Of a DNA stretch of 64,000 nt, positions 58,317 through 64,000 are shown in pieces. The notes beneath the pieces were generated by a model, which was not told where the DNA came from, searched no databases, and worked only from the letters and a program-made list of their open reading frames with translations. Position 1 is the stretch's first letter. The number at the start of each line of letters is the position of its first letter. The DNA is from Acidimicrobiia bacterium (GTDB lineage: Bacteria > Actinomycetota > Acidimicrobiia > Spongiisociales > ZC4RG35), in NCBI GenBank assembly GCA_965215185.1, contig OZ244034.1, positions 1,856,001 through 1,920,000 on the forward strand, given 5' to 3'. Both the position numbers and the translations under genes were made by a program.

Positions 58317-59636
58317 ATGACCAAGACATATCGATATCTGGCCGATCATCTGATCCCCATGGACGACGAGGGATCCATCCACTCACCGGGCGTGGTGGAG
58401 GTGGAAGATGGAGCGGTGGTTTGGGCGGGAACGGTTGACAACGCGCCGTCGCAGCGGGAAGAGACGGTCATTGAGAAGGTGGAGGGAGTGCTGCTTCCCG
58501 GCATGGTCAACATCCACTGCCACACTCCCATGGTGCTGCTGCGGGGCGCCGGCGAGAACCTTCCGGTGGACCGGTGGCTGCACGAGGTCATGTGGCCGCG
58601 TGAGGCCCGTCTCACCCCCGAGGACGTGGAAATGGGAATGATGGCCGGCGCTGCGGAACTGCTGGCCGGTGGGATAACCACTTCGTTGGAGATGTATTTC
58701 CATGGAGAGGCAGTGGCTTCGGGAGCGGCCCGGGCCGGATTGCGCTGCGTGGTAACCGCTCCCCTCATCGAAGACGCCCAACTGAGCGGGTTCGGTACCT
58801 GGCAGGACCAGTTGGATCAGATGACCCAAATGGCCAAGGATTGGGAGGAAAGCGACCTCATCCAGATAGGAATCGGCCCCCACGCCGTGTATTCGCTCTC
58901 GCAGCAGTGCTTACAGCGGGTGGCCGAGGCGGCGGCCGCCAACGGAATGTTGATCCACACCCATGTCGACGAACAGGAATGGGAGGTGGAGGCGGTGAGG
59001 AAGCAGACCGGAATGTCGGCGACCGCCTACCTGGCGAAGATGGGCATTCTGGACTCACCGACGATGGTGGCCCATGCGGTGTGGGTCTCACCCGACGACA
59101 TCGCCATCCTGGCCGAGACGGGAACGGGAGTGGCCCACTGTCCCTGCTCCAACGGCAAGCATGCCTCGGGCATCGCCCCGGTGGCCGAGATGCGAGCAGC
59201 CGGCATTCCGGTGGGCATTGCCACCGACGGACCGGCCTCGCATCATCGCTTGGATCTGTTCGAGGAGATGCGGATGGCCCTGCGCCTGGCCCGGATACGG
59301 GCGGGTGACGCTGGCGCCCTGCTGCCCCATGACGCCCTGACGATGGTCACCAGGGAGGCGGCCGACGCCATAGGCCGGCCCGACCTGGGCAGGCTTTCCC
59401 CCGGGAATCCGGCCGACATGATCGCCGTATCCACCACCGATCCCGCCTTCGGGCCGGTGATCCCCGAAGAGGACGATCTCCTCTCCCGCCTGGTCTGGTC
59501 GGGTTCTCCGGCCGCAGTCCACTCCTCGTGGGTGGGGGGAAAGCGGGTGATGTCGAAAGGCAAGGTGCTGACAGTGGACATGGAAACGTCCCGGGCAGAT
59601 GTCTCCCGGATCGCCGCCCGCCTGGCGACAGGATGA
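58317..59636 (+). CDS. Amidohydrolase, MTA/SAH/5'-deoxyadenosine deaminase-like
   Basis: PGMVNIHCH, GPHAVYS, HTHVDE, AHAVW, HCPCSNGK, IATDG. Confidence 0.82.
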   Translation: MTKTYRYLADHLIPMDDEGSIHSPGVVEVEDGAVVWAGTVDNAPSQREETVIEKVEGVLLPGMVNIHCHTPMVLLRGAGENLPVDRWLHEVMWPREARLTPEDVEMGMMAGAAELLAGGITTSLEMYFHGEAVASGAARAGLRCVVTAPLIEDAQLSGFGTWQDQLDQMTQMAKDWEESDLIQIGIGPHAVYSLSQQCLQRVAEAAAANGMLIHTHVDEQEWEVEAVRKQTGMSATAYLAKMGILDSPTMVAHAVWVSPDDIAILAETGTGVAHCPCSNGKHASGIAPVAEMRAAGIPVGIATDGPASHHRLDLFEEMRMALRLARIRAGDAGALLPHDALTMVTREAADAIGRPDLGRLSPGNPADMIAVSTTDPAFGPVIPEEDDLLSRLVWSGSPAAVHSSWVGGKRVMSKGKVLTVDMETSRADVSRIAARLATG

Positions 59637-60082
59637 ACGCCGACCAAATCATCACTTTATTGGGCCTGGAACCCATGCCGCAAGAGGGTGGCATGTGGGC
59701 TCAGACCTGGCTTGACGACCACGGAAGCGCCATCTACTTCCTGATGCGGCCCGGCGATTTCTCCGCCATGCACCAGCTGGACGCGCCGGAGATCTGGCAT
59801 CACTACCAGGGTGCGCCAGCGAGCATGCTGCTGCTCTTCCCCGACGGATCGATCACCCAACCCTGCCTGGGCCAAGAGTTGACGCAAGGTCAGCGGCCTT
59901 GCGTGCCGGTGCCTCAAGGAGCGTGGATGGGCGCCTCAACCTTGGGAGAGTGGAGCCTGGTGGGAACCACCATGGCTCCTGCCTTCAATCCCGACGGATT
60001 CCAGTTGGCAGAACGATCCTTACTGGCGGGCCAATACCCCGAGGCCTGCGACCGAATCGCCGAACTCACCCGCCAGCACTGA
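59633..60082 (+). CDS. Cupin domain protein (DUF985)
   Basis: LGLEPMPQEGG, SAIYFL, EIWHHY, MAPAF. Confidence 0.85.
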   Translation: MNADQIITLLGLEPMPQEGGMWAQTWLDDHGSAIYFLMRPGDFSAMHQLDAPEIWHHYQGAPASMLLLFPDGSITQPCLGQELTQGQRPCVPVPQGAWMGASTLGEWSLVGTTMAPAFNPDGFQLAERSLLAGQYPEACDRIAELTRQH

Positions 60083-60852
60083 TGGCCCTCCCTTCACCCT
60101 CTGCCATGCTCGACCTTTCCGGGATGGTGGTGGCCGTCACCGGAGCGGGAGGGGGAATCGGCCAGGGTATAGCCCGCCGATTCTCCGAGGCCGGCGCATC
60201 GGTCGTGGCCCACACCCGCACCACCGAACTCGAGTCGCTGCTCGACTGCCTGCCCGGCCCGGCGACCGAAGTCACCGCCGACCTGCGCCATCGCGACGGA
60301 CCCGGCCAGGTGGTGGAGGCCGCAGTCGCTTTTTTCGGCAAACTGGATGCGTTGGTTAACAACGCCGCGGTGCAAACCCTGGCCGGGATGGCGGAGATGG
60401 ACGACCGGGAGTGGCAGGCAATGGTTGACACCAACCTGACCGCGTTGCATCGCCTCACCCAGGCAGTGGCAGCTCATCTCATCTCTCGGCAGTCTCCGGG
60501 CTCGGTGATCCACATTTCCTCCATCGAGGGCAGCCAACCTGCGCCTTTCCATGGCCACTATGCGGTTACCAAGGCCGGGGTGATCATGCACGCCCGGGCC
60601 GCGGCGCTGGAGTACGGGCCCCATGGAATCCGGGTCAACTCGGTCTCGCCGGGACTGATTTACCGATCCGGGCTCGAAGAGCAGTGGCCGGAAGGGGTGG
60701 CCCGATGGAAGGCCGCCGCGCCTCTGACCAGGCTCGGAACGCCCGAGGACGTGGCAGATGCCTGCCTGTTCCTGGCATCACCCCTGGCCCGGTGGATAAC
60801 CGGCGCCAATCTGGTGGTGGACGGGGGCGTCTTGGCTCACCCCACCTGGTAA
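60082..60852 (+). CDS. Short-chain dehydrogenase/reductase
   Basis: TGAGGGIG, NNAA, YAVTK. Confidence 0.92.
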   Translation: MALPSPSAMLDLSGMVVAVTGAGGGIGQGIARRFSEAGASVVAHTRTTELESLLDCLPGPATEVTADLRHRDGPGQVVEAAVAFFGKLDALVNNAAVQTLAGMAEMDDREWQAMVDTNLTALHRLTQAVAAHLISRQSPGSVIHISSIEGSQPAPFHGHYAVTKAGVIMHARAAALEYGPHGIRVNSVSPGLIYRSGLEEQWPEGVARWKAAAPLTRLGTPEDVADACLFLASPLARWITGANLVVDGGVLAHPTW

Positions 60853-60862
60853 GGAGTATCCA

Positions 60863-61636
60863 ATGATGAGATTGGCAGATCGTGTGTACGTCGTTACCGG
60901 CGCCGGAGGAGGGATCGGGCAGGGCATCACCCAGGCTCTGCTGGAGGACGGCGCCCGCGGCGTGGCCATGGTGGACCTGGCTGCTCCGACGGAGGCGGCG
61001 GCCGAGGTCGATCCCGGCCAGGACCGCACGCTGGCCTTGGCAGCCGACGTCACCTCCAAAAACGACGCGCAGCGGGTGGTGGCCGAGACCGTGGAGCGCT
61101 TCCAGCGCCTGGACGGCCTGGTGAACTGCGCGGGGGTGGTGTTTCTCGACACCGCCTGGGACGCCTCCGCATCGGACTGGAATCGCCAGTTGGAGGTGAA
61201 CGTCACCGGCTCCTTCGTCTCCACCCAGGCGGTCGGCGTCCATCTTCGGGAACACGGCGGCGGGGCGGTGGTCAATGTGAGTTCCAACTGCGGGAAGGCC
61301 GGATATCCGAACATGGCCGGCTACAACGCCTCCAAGGCGGCGGTGCTGGGACTCACCCGCTCGCTTTCCATGGAATGGGCCGAAGATCACATCAACGTAA
61401 ACGCGGTATGCCCGGGAGGGGTGGACACACCCATGCTGAGCGGGGTGGCGGAGTGGCTTTCGCCCCGGCTCGGATTGCCCGCCGACGAGTTGTTGGGGCA
61501 GATGGGACCCGCCCAGTTGGGCCGGAAGATCAAACCGGTGGAGGTGGGCCGGGTGATAGCCTTCCTGCTCTCCGACGACGCTCTGATCATCCGAGGCCAG
61601 TCGATCAGCATCGACGGCGGAGATACTCCCTACTAG
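60863..61636 (+). CDS. Short-chain dehydrogenase/reductase
   Basis: TGAGGGIG, NCAG, YNASK. Confidence 0.92.
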   Translation: MMRLADRVYVVTGAGGGIGQGITQALLEDGARGVAMVDLAAPTEAAAEVDPGQDRTLALAADVTSKNDAQRVVAETVERFQRLDGLVNCAGVVFLDTAWDASASDWNRQLEVNVTGSFVSTQAVGVHLREHGGGAVVNVSSNCGKAGYPNMAGYNASKAAVLGLTRSLSMEWAEDHINVNAVCPGGVDTPMLSGVAEWLSPRLGLPADELLGQMGPAQLGRKIKPVEVGRVIAFLLSDDALIIRGQSISIDGGDTPY

Positions 61637-61653
61637 GACCGAGGAGACGGGTG

Positions 61654-63621
61654 ATGGAAGACCTTTGGAACGACGATGTAGCCCCAAGCCCTTCCGATCC
61701 CCTCGCCGAGTGCGTTTACGGATCGCGGCTGCTGGGGTCCGATCCGTCCCTGGTGCTGCATGGTGGGGGCAATTCCTCGGTGAAAGCACCATTTCGGGAT
61801 ATCACCGGCGGCCAGGTGGAGGCCTTATGGGTGAAGGGTTCGGGATGGGATATGGCCAGCATCAAGGCGGCAGGTTTCACTCCCCTACCGCGGCATCGTC
61901 TTCACCAACTGCTGGAGCTGGAAAGCCTTTCCGACCGGGACATGATGCGGGAACTGTCGGCGGCGCGCCTGGACCCCGCCTCCCCCCAACCGTCGGTGGA
62001 GTGCCTACTCCACGCCCTCATTCCCCACCGAGCGGTCTTCCACAGCCACGCCGATGTGATCGTCACTCTCACCAACCTCTCCGACGGCGCCGACCGGGTG
62101 CGAGAGGTGTTTGGAGACGAGATGATGATCGTGCCCTATGTGATGCCCGGTTTTGACCTGGCCGGGACAGTGCGGGACATGTGGCCCGACGGTGGCGATG
62201 ATTCAACCGGCATGGTGCTGATGAATCACGGTTTGTTCACCTACGGCGCCACCGCCAGACAGGCCTACCGACGTCATATGGCGCTCATCCAACGGGCGGC
62301 CCGGTGGCTGGACACTCATGCTCCCCACGCAGGTGCGGGCGAGCAACCATTGGACAGGGTGGACTCCTTGGAGTTGGCCCGGGTGCGAGCTGACATCTCC
62401 CGAGCGGCGGGGCGACCAATGATCTCGGTTCGTTATGCCACCGGGGAGGTGGCGCGCTTTGTGAGCCGCCGCGACCTGGCCTCCCTGGCCACCCGGGGAC
62501 CACTCACCCCCGATCACATCATCCGGACCAAGCGCACCCCGATGGTGGGCCGTAATGTGGCCGACTACGCCGAGGAGTACCGCCGCTACTACCGGCGCAA
62601 CCGGGAACGCGCCCGAGGAGAGACCACCATGCTGGATCCGGCTCCCCGGGTGGTGTTGGATCCCGAACTGGGCATGCTGGCCATTGGCGCCACCGCGTCG
62701 GCGGCGCACATAGCTTCAGATATCTATTACCACACCATGACTGCCCTGATCCGGGCCGAGGATCACCTGGGAGGGTACGAGGCCCTGCCGGAAGGAGACC
62801 TGTTCGAAGTGGAGTACTGGGAGCTGGAGCAGGCCAAGCTGCGGCGCCAAGGCTCACCCCCCGAGATGACCGGAATGGCGGCGCTGGTAACGGGAGCGGG
62901 ATCGGGCATCGGAAGGGCGTGTGCAGAAGAACTGTTGAGACGGGGAGCGGCGGTGACCGGCCTGGATATCTCTGCGGGAGTGGTCGACGCCTTCGACTCT
63001 CCATCCTGGTTGGGCATCACCTGCGATGTGACCGACCCGGCCGCCCAGGCAGCAGCGTTGGAACGATCCGTGGAACGCTTTGGGGGAATTGACATTGTGG
63101 TGGTCTGCGCCGGGATATTCGTGGGGTCCGCCCCGATTGCCGAACTGGACCGCTCCGCCTGGCGGCAGTCCATGGCAGTCAATGTGGATGCAGCAGCGGA
63201 CCTGCTCACCGGAGTCCATCCTCTCCTTCGCCTGTCTCCGGCCGGTGGCCGGGTGGTGGTGGTCTCCACCAGGAATGTGGCGGCGCCGGGTCCGGGCGCG
63301 GCTGCCTACTCCTCTTCCAAGGCAGCTCTCACCCAGTTGGCGAGGGTGGCCGCCTTGGAGTGGGCCTCGGATGGAATCAGGGTCAACATCGTCAATCCCG
63401 ACGCCGTGTTCGATACGGGCATTTGGAACGAAGAACTGTTGGCTGCCCGTGCCGCGCAGTACAACATGGATGTGGATTCTTACAAACGACGGAACCTGTT
63501 GGGTACCGCGGTCACTTCCCGGCAGGTGGCGGCCGTGGTGGCCGAGTTGGTGAGCGACCGGTTCGCCGCCACCACCGGCGCGCAAATACCCATAGACGGT
63601 GGAAATGAAAGGGTGGTGTGA
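61654..63621 (+). CDS. Bifunctional class II aldolase/short-chain dehydrogenase (RhaD/RhaEW-like)
   Basis: GGGNSSVK, PSVECLLH, HSHAD, NHGL, TPDH, EYWELEQAKL, then SDR TGAGSGIG..YSSSK. Confidence 0.92.
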   Translation: MEDLWNDDVAPSPSDPLAECVYGSRLLGSDPSLVLHGGGNSSVKAPFRDITGGQVEALWVKGSGWDMASIKAAGFTPLPRHRLHQLLELESLSDRDMMRELSAARLDPASPQPSVECLLHALIPHRAVFHSHADVIVTLTNLSDGADRVREVFGDEMMIVPYVMPGFDLAGTVRDMWPDGGDDSTGMVLMNHGLFTYGATARQAYRRHMALIQRAARWLDTHAPHAGAGEQPLDRVDSLELARVRADISRAAGRPMISVRYATGEVARFVSRRDLASLATRGPLTPDHIIRTKRTPMVGRNVADYAEEYRRYYRRNRERARGETTMLDPAPRVVLDPELGMLAIGATASAAHIASDIYYHTMTALIRAEDHLGGYEALPEGDLFEVEYWELEQAKLRRQGSPPEMTGMAALVTGAGSGIGRACAEELLRRGAAVTGLDISAGVVDAFDSPSWLGITCDVTDPAAQAAALERSVERFGGIDIVVVCAGIFVGSAPIAELDRSAWRQSMAVNVDAAADLLTGVHPLLRLSPAGGRVVVVSTRNVAAPGPGAAAYSSSKAALTQLARVAALEWASDGIRVNIVNPDAVFDTGIWNEELLAARAAQYNMDVDSYKRRNLLGTAVTSRQVAAVVAELVSDRFAATTGAQIPIDGGNERVV

Positions 63622-63623
63622 GG

Positions 63624-64000
63624 ATGTTTCTTCCCCTGTTGAACATTGCTGCTAAGGAAATCCCTGAACGAGTAATGGTGGTCGGTGACCCCGATCGCGC
63701 CCGCCGGGCGTCCGCCTATCTTGACGATTCTGTCGAGGTGGGAAACAACCGGGAGTACGTAACCCTGGTTGGCCGTCATCGGGGAGTCAAAGTGGGGGTG
63801 GTGTCCCACGGAGTGGGATCGGCGGGAGCGGCGGTGTGCTTCGACGAGCTTCTCAGGGCAGGGGCGCAGCGTTTAATCCGGGCGGGGAGCTGTGGGGGTA
63901 TGCAGGACAACGTCATCGACGGCCATCTGGTGATAGTCACCGGGGCAGTACGCAACGAGGGTTTCACCTCCCAGATTGTGCCGGATGGATATCCGGCATT
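63624..64000 (+). CDS. Nucleoside phosphorylase (uridine phosphorylase/PNP family), partial at window end
   Basis: VVGDPDRA, NREY, SHGVG, IRAGSCG. Confidence 0.88.
   Translation, partial: MFLPLLNIAAKEIPERVMVVGDPDRARRASAYLDDSVEVGNNREYVTLVGRHRGVKVGVVSHGVGSAGAAVCFDELLRAGAQRLIRAGSCGGMQDNVIDGHLVIVTGAVRNEGFTSQIVPDGYPA

Overview
64 kb of GC-rich chromosomal DNA from an actinobacterium (mshA, actinobacterial-style leaderless starts); Acidimicrobiia-like gene content is an inference. Housekeeping and metabolic genes include metX behind a SAM-I riboswitch, a UGA-selenocysteine selD, greA, mgtE, nadE, a crcB pair, aroF/tyrA, phnX, lutABC, mshA, a Rieske/cytochrome b operon and a nucleoside ABC/mtnA salvage cluster. 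The main observation is a family of transposase-less tnpB elements (5661-6912, 20117-21529, 26825-28228) bounded by 23-24 bp terminal inverted repeats starting GGGACTTATATACC. One copy has a perfect 8-bp target duplication. This is DDE-type (IS1595-like) architecture rather than IS200/IS605 or IS607. Two stand-alone right-end (omegaRNA-like) modules of the same family sit at 9159-9285 and 14748-14859. Other notable items: a cbb3 subunit I homolog lacking all metal-ligand histidines, an N-terminal module shared by three respiratory subunits, an endonuclease IV/primase-polymerase fusion, a MoaD-membrane protein fusion, a rod-shaped candidate ncRNA, and two cargo insertions each followed by a displaced, diverged copy of the upstream gene's 3' end. 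All calls are by eye from motifs; no searches were run.
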